In this document: positions 50,765-59,264 of the stretch, piece by piece
Position numbering within the stretch: the stretch's first letter is position 1
How the letters are laid out: the number at the start of each line of letters is the position of its first letter
NCBI GenBank assembly: GCA_964649535.1
Contig: CAZYTF010000001.1
Coordinates: 1,521-65,520 of the forward strand
Source of the DNA: an uncultured Candidatus Saccharibacteria bacterium
GTDB lineage: Bacteria; Patescibacteriota; Minisyncoccia; Phycocordibacterales; UBA918
Direction: 5' to 3'
Length of the DNA stretch: 64,000 nucleotides
Notes under the pieces: generated by a model
Database searches by the model: none
Seen by the model: the letters and a program-made list of their open reading frames with translations, nothing else
What the model was told of the DNA's origin: nothing
Program-made: the position numbers and the translations under genes

Positions 50765-50920
50765 TGGGACCACTTTACGTATGTTCCGATTAAATATTTT
50801 TGCAGGGCTGCCTGAACTCGCGGGAAATAATGAGAACCGTGCAGTATATGTACAGATTTCAGACATGACTCGGATAGGGTGCCCACCTGGAATTCCCAGG
50901 AGCATACGTCGTGGTTCCCA
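50765..50920 (+). ncRNA. probable 6S RNA
   Basis: Closing stem tgggaccac..acgtatgttcc / ggagcatacgt-c-gtggttccca; A/U-rich bubble; CCTGAAC and GGTGCCCACCTG motifs; TATACT upstream, terminator downstream. Confidence 0.6.
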
Positions 50921-50921
50921 C

Positions 50922-50950
50922 GATAAAACCCCACAGCGTGGGGTTTTATC
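50922..50950 (+). terminator. terminator of putative 6S RNA
   Basis: gataaaaccccac-agc-gtggggttttatc. Confidence 0.75.
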
Positions 50951-50973
50951 GTGTTAATATAATGACACAGTTT

Positions 50974-51351
50974 ATGTTGCAACTTACTACCATCTTTTTT
51001 CTCATTTCATTTTCCATGCTTGCGGGTATTCACTATATTGCAGGGCATCTCTTTTTATATTGGAGGTTGCCGTGGTTTGATATTCCGATGCATCTTTTTG
51101 GAGGGATGGTTGTAGCGCTGGGTTTTTTCGCACTTCGAGATTTGCGTTTGTTCCGAGATTCGTTTCTTCGACCGGTAGTGGTTGTAGCGTTGGTGCTCGG
51201 GGTAGCTCTGATCTGGGAATTATTTGAAGTAGTTATAGGGATGCCAATTGACGCAGGTTATGTACTCGATACAGGAACTGATATTTGCATGGGTCTCCTG
51301 GGAGGATATTTGGGATATTTTGTTGGAAATAGTTTAAGAAGTTTACATTGA
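50974..51351 (+). CDS. hypothetical membrane protein
   Basis: WFDIPMHLFGG, IWELFE, DT.TDI..G..GG; TATAAT upstream. Confidence 0.75.
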   Translation: MLQLTTIFFLISFSMLAGIHYIAGHLFLYWRLPWFDIPMHLFGGMVVALGFFALRDLRLFRDSFLRPVVVVALVLGVALIWELFEVVIGMPIDAGYVLDTGTDICMGLLGGYLGYFVGNSLRSLH

Positions 51352-51352
51352 T

Positions 51353-52714
51353 ATGTCTTCAGTTTTAGGTTTTTATGGAGGAGTTGGAAGCGTCACTGGG
51401 GCTAATTTTATGCTCGATACTGGGGATGTTTCACTTTTGGTTGATTGTGGACTTGTACAAGGTGATCGCTTTGCTCAACAAGTGAATGCTGATCCTTTCG
51501 TATATAATCCAGCAGATATTGATGTGTTGCTTGTGACACACGCGCATGCCGACCATATAGGACGCATTCCAAAGCTTGTGAAAGATGGTTTTAAAGGCAT
51601 TATTTATTCTACTGAACCAACTCGCGATTTTTCAAGTATTATGTTGCGCGATGCACTTAAGGTTATGCAATACGAAAAAGAGCGGTATGGAAATGAGGTG
51701 CTGTACGGTGGAAGTGACATAGATGCCGCACTATCGCTATGGAAATCCGTTCCTTATAATGAAGCTATTCAGCTTGGAGAAGGGCTCACCGCCTACTACA
51801 CAGACGTTGGTCATATTCTTGGTTCAGGTCTTGTACATATTGAGCGTAATGGGAAGAAGATAATTTTCACAGGAGACATCGGCAATAAACCGCAACCGCT
51901 CCTTGCTCCTCCAGTTATACCAAAAGATTACGACTATATCGTGATGGAAAGTGTCTATGGGGACCGTCAGCATGAACAAGTTGAGGAGCGCACTGAGCTT
52001 TTAAAGGGATATATCGAGGAGGCTCGTCGCAAGAAGGGCACGCTAATCATTCCCGCATTCTCACTTGAGCGGACGCAAGGAATGCTACTTGAGATAAACA
52101 ATCTTGTCGAAAGTGGGGAGATAGAGCCCTTGCCAGTTTTTCTTGATTCGCCATTGGCGATTTCAGTTACTGAAATGTATCGCAAATATCCTCAGTATTT
52201 AAAGCCTGAAGTGCAGGAGCAAATTAAAAATGGAGATGACATTTTTGATTTTGAAGGGCTCTCGTTCACACGAACAGTTAAGGATTCACAAGACATTGGA
52301 AAAGAGAAAGGAGCAAAAATTATTATTGCGGGGAGTGGCATGAGTCATGGAGGTCGTATCCGTGGGCACGAGAAGCGTTATCTTGATGATCCGAGCACGA
52401 TATTGTTGCTTGTGGGGTATCAGTCAGTCGGAAGTCTCGGTCGCCTGCTCCAGGATGGTGCACAAAAAGTGCGTATTGATGAAGATTTCGTGAAAGTAAA
52501 AGCTCGCGTTGCACAAATTCGTGGGTATTCAGGACATGCTGATCGAGATCAATTACTTGAGTTTATTGCCGAAGGTGGTGAAAAGGCTAAGCAAGTGTTC
52601 GTCACAATGGGAGAGGAACATGCCTCATTATTTTTAGTACAACGACTCCGTGATTATCTAGGACTGAATGCTACAGCTCCATCATTAAATGATGAAGTTG
52701 AAATTGATTTTTAA
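51353..52714 (+). CDS. MBL-fold beta-CASP ribonuclease
   Basis: THAHADHIGR, GHILGS, FTGDIG, MESVYGDR, PAFSLERTQ, YSGHAD. Confidence 0.92.
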   Translation: MSSVLGFYGGVGSVTGANFMLDTGDVSLLVDCGLVQGDRFAQQVNADPFVYNPADIDVLLVTHAHADHIGRIPKLVKDGFKGIIYSTEPTRDFSSIMLRDALKVMQYEKERYGNEVLYGGSDIDAALSLWKSVPYNEAIQLGEGLTAYYTDVGHILGSGLVHIERNGKKIIFTGDIGNKPQPLLAPPVIPKDYDYIVMESVYGDRQHEQVEERTELLKGYIEEARRKKGTLIIPAFSLERTQGMLLEINNLVESGEIEPLPVFLDSPLAISVTEMYRKYPQYLKPEVQEQIKNGDDIFDFEGLSFTRTVKDSQDIGKEKGAKIIIAGSGMSHGGRIRGHEKRYLDDPSTILLLVGYQSVGSLGRLLQDGAQKVRIDEDFVKVKARVAQIRGYSGHADRDQLLEFIAEGGEKAKQVFVTMGEEHASLFLVQRLRDYLGLNATAPSLNDEVEIDF

Positions 52715-52890
52715 AAATGAACAAAGGAGTGTGACTATTATTGTAAATTTTGTTCCGAACTCGCCGCTGCCGTAGGGCAAATTCCTGGAGTACTCAAATT
52801 TACTTATTTTTTAAAATATTCTTTTATGTAAAGTATTGGTCATGCAACAAAAAGAGCGGCGCCTTTGGCGCCGCTCTTTTTGTATCTCTG

Positions 52891-53235
52891 CTACTTAGTC
52901 TGTTCAATAACTCGTGCAAATGATTCAGGGTTTTCTTTTGCGAGAGTCGCAAGTACCTTTCGGTTCAGTCCAATTTCTTTGTCAGAAAGTGCCTTGATAA
53001 AGCGACTGTACTTCATGTCATAATTTTGAAGTGCAGCATTGATTCGCGTTGTCCAAAGACGACGGAAGTCACCTTTCTTATCTTTACGGTGATCAAAGGC
53101 GTGAAGTTGTGCATGGTATATCGCCTCACGTGCCTCACGTTTCTTGGTGCTGCGACCAAATCTGTAGCCTTTAACTTGTTCGAGAATATTTCGACGACGC
53201 TTTTGCGCCATGATTCCTCCTTTTACTCGTGACAT
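52891..53235 (-). CDS. rplT: 50S ribosomal protein L20
   Basis: MSRVKGG, FRRLWTTRINAA, LNRKVLA. Confidence 0.97.
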   Translation of the reverse strand: MSRVKGGIMAQKRRRNILEQVKGYRFGRSTKKREAREAIYHAQLHAFDHRKDKKGDFRRLWTTRINAALQNYDMKYSRFIKALSDKEIGLNRKVLATLAKENPESFARVIEQTK

Positions 53236-53261
53236 AATTGTGTAATTAGCTAATAAAATAC

Positions 53262-53453
53262 TTACGCACCTGTACCTGGCAGAAAACGACGTGTAATCCG
53301 CTTTGAAAGTGTCAGTAATTGTGTACGCTTTCGACGTAATCGTTGCTGACCTGTTTGTCGAGCATTAAAGTGATTTTGGCCTGGCTTTCGAGCAACAAGC
53401 TTCCCATTTTTGGTCACTTTAATCCGTTTTGTGTATGACTTGTTTGTTTTCAT
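53262..53453 (-). CDS. rpmI: 50S ribosomal protein L35
   Basis: KTNKS..KRIKVTKNGK; between infC and rplT. Confidence 0.92.
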   Translation of the reverse strand: MKTNKSYTKRIKVTKNGKLVARKPGQNHFNARQTGQQRLRRKRTQLLTLSKRITRRFLPGTGA

Positions 53454-53572
53454 AATATTCGCTTTATAGGCAAAAAGTGGTGCAAATATAACCTATTTTG
53501 GTTTGTTTGTCCACTCTTTTTAGATTCCAAAAGAGTAATTATTGGAATTGATATATGCAAGGGTCGAAATGA

Positions 53573-54244
53573 TTAGACCATTCCGTCCTCAAGAAGTTCG
53601 TCGAGAGACTTTTTCTTTGACTTCGTGCCCCCTGAAGCTTCATTTACTTTCTCAACATCTTTCGGCTTTTCGTCATCTTTAATAATCTTAGGTCCTTTTA
53701 CGCTTTTCCCTAGTCGCTCAAGTGTGCACGTAAATCCTTTAGGGCTTTTTTTAATCTCGTCTGCAAGTTTATATTCTGCTGGAATAATCTTAAGAAACCG
53801 TTCGAGTCGTTCTTTGAGGAACGCTGGCTCCATGTATTTGTATCTGCCCCAGAGGAATAGGTCTACTTTTACGCGGTGACCATCGTTCAGCCATTCGGAA
53901 GCGCGCTTTGCTTTGAGTGCCTGGTCGTGCTCTCCAGTTCCTATCTTCACTTGCACGCTCTTTGTTTCAGTGACATGAGACTTTGCTTTCACCTCACTTG
54001 CTTTACGCTTTGTTTCGTACCGGTATTGGCCGAAATCCATTATCTTTGCTACTGGAGGATTTGCTTTTGGGGAAATTTCAATAAGATCAAGGTTTGCTTC
54101 GTCAGCTGCTTTGAGCGCTTCTTCACGTGTGATAACGCCAAGATTTTCGCCAGACCCACCAATAACACGCATTTCTTTTGCGCGAATAGCGTCATTAATA
54201 CGTGTCCTGTTATCTGGTCTGAATGGTCTCTGTGGTTTGCTCAA
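53573..54244 (-). CDS. infC: translation initiation factor IF-3 (TTG start)
   Basis: RINDAIRA, LDLIEISPKANPPVAKIMDFG, HRVKV. Confidence 0.95.
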   Translation of the reverse strand: MSKPQRPFRPDNRTRINDAIRAKEMRVIGGSGENLGVITREEALKAADEANLDLIEISPKANPPVAKIMDFGQYRYETKRKASEVKAKSHVTETKSVQVKIGTGEHDQALKAKRASEWLNDGHRVKVDLFLWGRYKYMEPAFLKERLERFLKIIPAEYKLADEIKKSPKGFTCTLERLGKSVKGPKIIKDDEKPKDVEKVNEASGGTKSKKKSLDELLEDGMV

Positions 54245-54385
54245 GTTTGTTTGATCTTATGTAGTAAATTGCAGTGGGGACTGCGTATGCAAAAAACGGC
54301 CCTAACCGCTTTTCCCAATACACTAACTATTGGTGCATGAAATGTACCACATATATGTATAAAAATGAAGGTGGGGACGATTTAA

Positions 54386-54820
54386 TTAGCCTAAAAATTT
54401 TGCTGCTGTGTAGGCACCTATCCAGCCTGTTGTCGAAATAATTCCGCTCACAATAAGAATTAGTTTTTCGTTTTTTGACAGAGATGAAAATGGTTGTTCT
54501 TGTGCCAAACGCATATGCTTCCCAATAAAAATAGCATTAACCACCAGCATCACAATAAAGAGTATTTTTAATCTAAAAGCAGTGAGAGACAGGAGATACG
54601 CTGGATATGTCGAGAACATTAAAGCTCCAGCTATGATTGTAATAATTAATCCAATCCATATAGCTGTGTGTAGATAGGACATGCGCTTTTGGGGAAGTGT
54701 GTGCATTTTTCCAAAAAGCCACAACGCACCATGTGCATCAGCAATGATGACTAGTAAAAGGGTGAGTGTTACAGAGAACACGTGGATAGGGAGAAGTGGT
54801 AGTGAAAATATAAAATCCAT
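54386..54820 (-). CDS. hypothetical four-TM membrane protein
   Basis: Hydrophobic helices; TATACT 7 nt upstream of ATG. Confidence 0.7.
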   Translation of the reverse strand: MDFIFSLPLLPIHVFSVTLTLLLVIIADAHGALWLFGKMHTLPQKRMSYLHTAIWIGLIITIIAGALMFSTYPAYLLSLTAFRLKILFIVMLVVNAIFIGKHMRLAQEQPFSSLSKNEKLILIVSGIISTTGWIGAYTAAKFLG

Positions 54821-54919
54821 TCCGTATAGTATATCGTATAGTTTTATGTACGCTAATTAATCAATGTACTTGTGAGAGAAAGTGGAAAGCATGTGCATCT
54901 TAGGTGTGGTTAATGGAGT

Positions 54920-55333
54920 TTAAGATAATTTCTTTTGATGACAGGTGGTACATTTACAACCCCCAGGACCAATAATGTCTCTCATGTAGTCTTTCCCGTA
55001 ATTGTAAGTAAACTCCTCCCCAGCTTTAATATTTTTGCAAGCCCGAATATAAATTCGGTCGTCATCTTCATCATGCTCGGCTTCGCAATTTGGCTTGCAT
55101 GCATGATTTATATAGCGTGCTGTGTTTTTTCTGTTTTTGCCATCAATTACGAGCGTGTCAGTAACTTCGAAAAGATATCTCCCCCCTCGTCGGTTTGCTT
55201 CATCTTCACTAATTCTGTCCCCTGTATACTCAATAATGAGTTGTTCTTTTTGTATAGCTTCCCCGGCAAAAAGACCCAAGCCAGCACTCGATCGTTTTAC
55301 GCTAACCTTCGGTCGGTATAAATCGTCAAACAT
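54920..55333 (-). CDS. SET domain methyltransferase with post-SET cysteines
   Basis: GLGLFA, IIEYTGD, ARYINHACKPNC, GEEFTYNYG, CKCTTC. Confidence 0.92.
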   Translation of the reverse strand: MFDDLYRPKVSVKRSSAGLGLFAGEAIQKEQLIIEYTGDRISEDEANRRGGRYLFEVTDTLVIDGKNRKNTARYINHACKPNCEAEHDEDDDRIYIRACKNIKAGEEFTYNYGKDYMRDIIGPGGCKCTTCHQKKLS

Positions 55334-55409
55334 AATGCGGTTGAGTATAGCAAACAAAAACATCTCTCACAGGGTTGACTGTAAAATTGTGTATTGTACA
55401 CTAAGATAC

Positions 55410-56081
55410 ATGCATAAAGCCCCAGAAGAATTCAGATTTGCTGCAATAGCGGTAGATATTGTTGTTTTTGGTATTAAAGATAATACGCTTTGTTTGTTGC
55501 TTGACGAAGTCAACAGACCTCCTCATTATCAAAATATAGACGCTTTTATTGGTGGTCTTATTGGTGTTGATGAAACTGCAGACGATGCAGTTGTTCGTCA
55601 TTTGCGCGACAAGGCTGGTATTAAAAATGTGTATACAGAACAGCTCTATACATTTAGTAACATTAACCGTGACAAACGGAACCGAGTTATTTCAGTGAGC
55701 TATATGGCAATTGTCCGGCCAGATGTTGTTGAGCGTTATGTGCACTCGAGTGCTCACTGGACTCCTGTAGCTCCTTTATTAAAACTTGCGTATGACCATG
55801 ATGAAATGCTGAAAGTCGGCTTAGCTCGTTTGCAAGGTAAGTTGGGGTACACAACAATCGTGCAGTATCTTTTGCCTACAGAGTTTACGCTTACAGAAAT
55901 GCAACAAGTATACGAGCTTGTTACTAAAAAAGAATTTGATAAACGGAACTTCAGAAAGAAAGTGCTGGCACTAGACATTATTAAAGAGACAGGGAATGTG
56001 CAAGAGGGAGTTAAAAATAGACCTGCAGCACTCTATGTTTTCAGAAATAAAAACGTTCAAGAACTTCAATTATTTGTATAA
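55410..56081 (+). CDS. nrtR: NrtR-family regulator (Nudix-like + wHTH)
   Basis: AVDIVVF, EQLYTFS..NRDKR.RVISVSY, LAYDH, FTL.E.Q..YE...DKRNFRKK, RPAALY. Confidence 0.9.
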   Translation: MHKAPEEFRFAAIAVDIVVFGIKDNTLCLLLDEVNRPPHYQNIDAFIGGLIGVDETADDAVVRHLRDKAGIKNVYTEQLYTFSNINRDKRNRVISVSYMAIVRPDVVERYVHSSAHWTPVAPLLKLAYDHDEMLKVGLARLQGKLGYTTIVQYLLPTEFTLTEMQQVYELVTKKEFDKRNFRKKVLALDIIKETGNVQEGVKNRPAALYVFRNKNVQELQLFV

Positions 56082-56123
56082 AAAGAGTGCCGTCACCCAT
56101 TTATGGGTAACGGCACTTTTGTT

Positions 56124-57104
56124 TCATGCTGCTTTAGAAGCTTTTCTAAGTACATATTTGTCAAGTACCTTTCGAGCATCAAATACAAATTGATCGGGAG
56201 GTATTTTCTCCCAGTCAGCAGCGGATGCTGTACAAGGTTCAGTTTTTCCTGGCTCGCCACTGTTCATCGTTCCAAATACTCTGGAGCGATAGAGAAGGGA
56301 GACTTTGTCACCCCGAGGGTCACGTCCGTCATTGCAAAGTGTCGTGATGAACTCGGATTCGTGTATAGACAAGCCTGTCTCTTCAAGTTGTTCCCACATC
56401 ACTGTGTTTTGAGCTGACACATGAGGGTCGATATGTCCGCCAGTGAAGGCGAAGCCGGGAGGGTTGTTCAGTCGCTTGACCATAACAAATTCACCCGACT
56501 CTGTTTCTGCAATGTTGTCTACGCAGTATGAGACATCAGCGCGCAGTGTGTTGCCGATTGTTGACAGCACACTGTACACAGGATAGTTGCCGAGCTTTGC
56601 TCCTCGTCCATTCAGGAAGGGGAGTTCGATGACGGTCATAAACGCTGCGACAGTGCCACCGAGCTTTTCAATCAAACGACATCCGGCTTCTGCAGTGCCA
56701 CCGGTCGCCAGTAAGTCATCAATGAGGACGACAGCTTTTCCGGCAAGATCCATCTCATTGAGATAAAGCTCATCGAGACCGTACTCTTTTTGATACGTGA
56801 CGAACACAGTGGGTGGTGGCAACTTCCCCTTCTTCCGAAGCTGCAAGAAGCCAATACCGAGACGTTCTGCAACTGCAGCGCCGAAGATAAAGCCACGAGC
56901 GTCAAAACCTCCGATGTAATCAATCGTACGACCGTGTTTCTTTGACCAGCTTGCGCACCGTTCTGCGAAGAGATCGGTGACAAGTGTCAAAGCACCTGGA
57001 ACTCCCGTCAGGTCTTGTGAATTCCAATAGAGTATCCCTGGCTTTGGAAAGTCGGGAATTGGAGTAAACAAATGTGGCAAGTCTTGCACAGTGAGTTTTG
57101 TCAT
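56124..57104 (-). CDS. apt: adenine phosphoribosyltransferase fused to degenerate Nudix domain
   Basis: PDFPKPGI, DARGFIFG, RKKGKLP, LIDDLLATGGT; C-terminal GGHID...EETGL, RDPR, FD; ATG 57104 fits AAAGGA spacing. Confidence 0.85.
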   Translation of the reverse strand: MTKLTVQDLPHLFTPIPDFPKPGILYWNSQDLTGVPGALTLVTDLFAERCASWSKKHGRTIDYIGGFDARGFIFGAAVAERLGIGFLQLRKKGKLPPPTVFVTYQKEYGLDELYLNEMDLAGKAVVLIDDLLATGGTAEAGCRLIEKLGGTVAAFMTVIELPFLNGRGAKLGNYPVYSVLSTIGNTLRADVSYCVDNIAETESGEFVMVKRLNNPPGFAFTGGHIDPHVSAQNTVMWEQLEETGLSIHESEFITTLCNDGRDPRGDKVSLLYRSRVFGTMNSGEPGKTEPCTASAADWEKIPPDQFVFDARKVLDKYVLRKASKAA

Positions 57105-57183
57105 GTTCTTCATCCTTTCAATGAACCATTCCGTAGCTACTGTACCTTAAGTTTTTAAAAGATAAAGCAATAGAGTACAAATC

Positions 57184-57202
57184 GTAACAAAAAAGATACA
57201 CT
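57184..57202. promoter_or_regulatory. 19-bp operator-like motif, copy 1
   Basis: gtaacaaaaaagatacact; 17/19 identical to 58435..58453. Confidence 0.55.
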
Positions 57203-57271
57203 ACATGAAATAAAAAAAGCGGCACTGTATGTGCCGCTACAGGCCTTCTTCTGTAAGCGTTTGAGTCTTTA

Positions 57272-58354
57272 TCAGTCAGTTGCTGCCCACTCGTCTTTAA
57301 CTCCTCCGATGCTCCCATCAACAGTGATTAGTTTTAGAACCAACTCTGCCATGAATTTTGCATAGGTGACTCGCACAATGAGTGGGTTATCCTTGTAGTA
57401 TTTTTTTTCACGCGGCAAGGTGTCCAGCGTAAAGATTTTAAATTTTGCTGCTGCTATCTTTGCTTCAGCAGAAGTCAATTTCCCCTTTTTGTCACCATCA
57501 ACGCGTTTCGGACTCATGACATTGTGTGCAACAGCACCGTAGCCTTTCTTTGCTCCCATTTTTAAGGCAAGCATGAGTGAATCTAGTAACGTTCCCATCG
57601 TACCGCCAATATCATCGTAGCCAATCATCGTGTGACTTGTATCACCTACAATTTTGATTGCCTTGCTTCCGCTTTTGTCACGACGCTTGTCAACAATGGC
57701 GATATCGAGACCGGGGTCTGTTTTTTCTGCACAATCACGTCCACGCTTTGACCCTCCAACATCCGTAGCGAGTATGCGCAAAATTCCTTCCTGAATCTCT
57801 TTTGCGAAATACTTCCTGAAAAATGGAGCAAAAATGACATGTGCAGGAATATTAAGTACTTCAATTGTGTCATAGAAGCCCGCAATTTGTGGTGCGTGCA
57901 AGTCAAAGGTGACGAGGTATTTTATGATCCCAAACCCTTCGAGTTTGCGTGCCAAGTCTTTTGCAGTAAGTGGCTGACGGTACATCGGGCGTTCTTGGCG
58001 TGAGTAGGGGAGATAGGGCGCGACGAGAAAAACCCTACCAACCCCCGATGCTTTCAGTGCCCCAAGAGCTATCTCAAGTTCTTGAATGCGGACGTTGATG
58101 TCGCCAGTAAAGTTCCTCGGAGTAAAGTCCCAAAAAAGAATTATTAGCTTGTTGCGAACATTTGGTTTGATGGTTGTGCAGAGTTCCCCGTCACTAAAGA
58201 CGTCAATGTCAATAACGCAGTCACGCGTGTATTCAATCGGGACACCTCTGTGTTGGAGCTGCCGAGCAATTTTTTTTGTGACAGGGTCCATGTTTCTGGA
58301 CGTCATTATCACAATGCCGTCTTTGCACCAGGAAAGTAGTTGGGGGATAGCCAT
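57272..58354 (-). CDS. prs: ribose-phosphate pyrophosphokinase family protein (divergent)
   Basis: FSDGE, PYLPYSRQER, DLHAPQIAGFY, D.GG.KR, DKRR, DDIGGTMGTL; AAGGAG SD. Confidence 0.85.
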   Translation of the reverse strand: MAIPQLLSWCKDGIVIMTSRNMDPVTKKIARQLQHRGVPIEYTRDCVIDIDVFSDGELCTTIKPNVRNKLIILFWDFTPRNFTGDINVRIQELEIALGALKASGVGRVFLVAPYLPYSRQERPMYRQPLTAKDLARKLEGFGIIKYLVTFDLHAPQIAGFYDTIEVLNIPAHVIFAPFFRKYFAKEIQEGILRILATDVGGSKRGRDCAEKTDPGLDIAIVDKRRDKSGSKAIKIVGDTSHTMIGYDDIGGTMGTLLDSLMLALKMGAKKGYGAVAHNVMSPKRVDGDKKGKLTSAEAKIAAAKFKIFTLDTLPREKKYYKDNPLIVRVTYAKFMAELVLKLITVDGSIGGVKDEWAATD

Positions 58355-58434
58355 ATCATTCTCCTTTTCAATGAACTCGTTTCTCCAATACTCTACACAA
58401 CCATGCCTAAAAGTACAGGAGTGATTGATAATTT

Positions 58435-58453
58435 GTAACAAAAAGAATACACT
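58435..58453. promoter_or_regulatory. 19-bp operator-like motif, copy 2, overlapping -10 of the TrmB-like gene
   Basis: gtaacaaaaagaatacact. Confidence 0.55.
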
Positions 58454-58459
58454 TGAATA

Positions 58460-59194
58460 ATGCAATTAAAAGACATATTTAAACGACTTGGGTACCCTAA
58501 ACATTCCGACACAATCTACGAGGTCCTTACACAAAGCAAGGAGACACTTTCGGTGTCTGCACTTGCAGAACAGTGTGGTGTTTCTCGAGTCGTTGTATAT
58601 CGCTGTGTTGAAAAACTTGAAGAGGATGATTTGATAGTGAGAGACATAGTCGGCCGCCGAACGTACTATAAAACTTCAAGTCCTCATAAACTTACGGAGG
58701 CAATGCGGTGTGTAGAAGATGAGTCAGCACAAGTGGTGAAACAACATATACAAACACGCGAAAAAGATGTGCCACACAATGTGCGATTCCTTCATGGTGC
58801 TCGTGGCATTCGCGAAGCATTTGATGATGTCATTACGCATACTAGGAAAGGGGATACATTCTTCCGATATACGTCTGAGCGAGATCTTGAAAAGGTTAAT
58901 GCCTACCTATCGAAGGAATATCGACTACAACGTGACCAGAAGAAGTTAGAGCGACTGGTAATCAGTAATCCAGTTTCTGGTACACAAAAGAAATCGAGAC
59001 TTGAACGTTTTATTAAATATATTCCTACCGACGCAGATCAGTTTGAGCACAATATTGTTGAACTAATTTACGGCAGTCGCGTCTGTATCATTGACCTCAA
59101 CCTTGAAGAAGTGATGATTATTGATAATCAGCAACTAGCAGACTTTCAAAAGGTGATATTCAAACTACTCTACAAACGCCTCTCAAACGAGTAG
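58460..59194 (+). CDS. TrmB-like HTH transcriptional regulator
   Basis: LGY...IYEVL...VSALAEQCGVSRVVVYRCVEKL; VRFLHG.RGIRE; IYGSRV; F.KVIF..L. Confidence 0.8.
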   Translation: MQLKDIFKRLGYPKHSDTIYEVLTQSKETLSVSALAEQCGVSRVVVYRCVEKLEEDDLIVRDIVGRRTYYKTSSPHKLTEAMRCVEDESAQVVKQHIQTREKDVPHNVRFLHGARGIREAFDDVITHTRKGDTFFRYTSERDLEKVNAYLSKEYRLQRDQKKLERLVISNPVSGTQKKSRLERFIKYIPTDADQFEHNIVELIYGSRVCIIDLNLEEVMIIDNQQLADFQKVIFKLLYKRLSNE

Positions 59195-59264
59195 ATATTG
59201 ACAGAAAACAAAATAATGGTATTTTACAAACAAAGAGTTTTTTGAAATTAGAAGGGAAAACACC

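Noticed and set aside
55122-55409. N-terminal extension of the NrtR ORF
   Set aside because: Antisense shadow of the SET gene; the promoter points to ATG 55410
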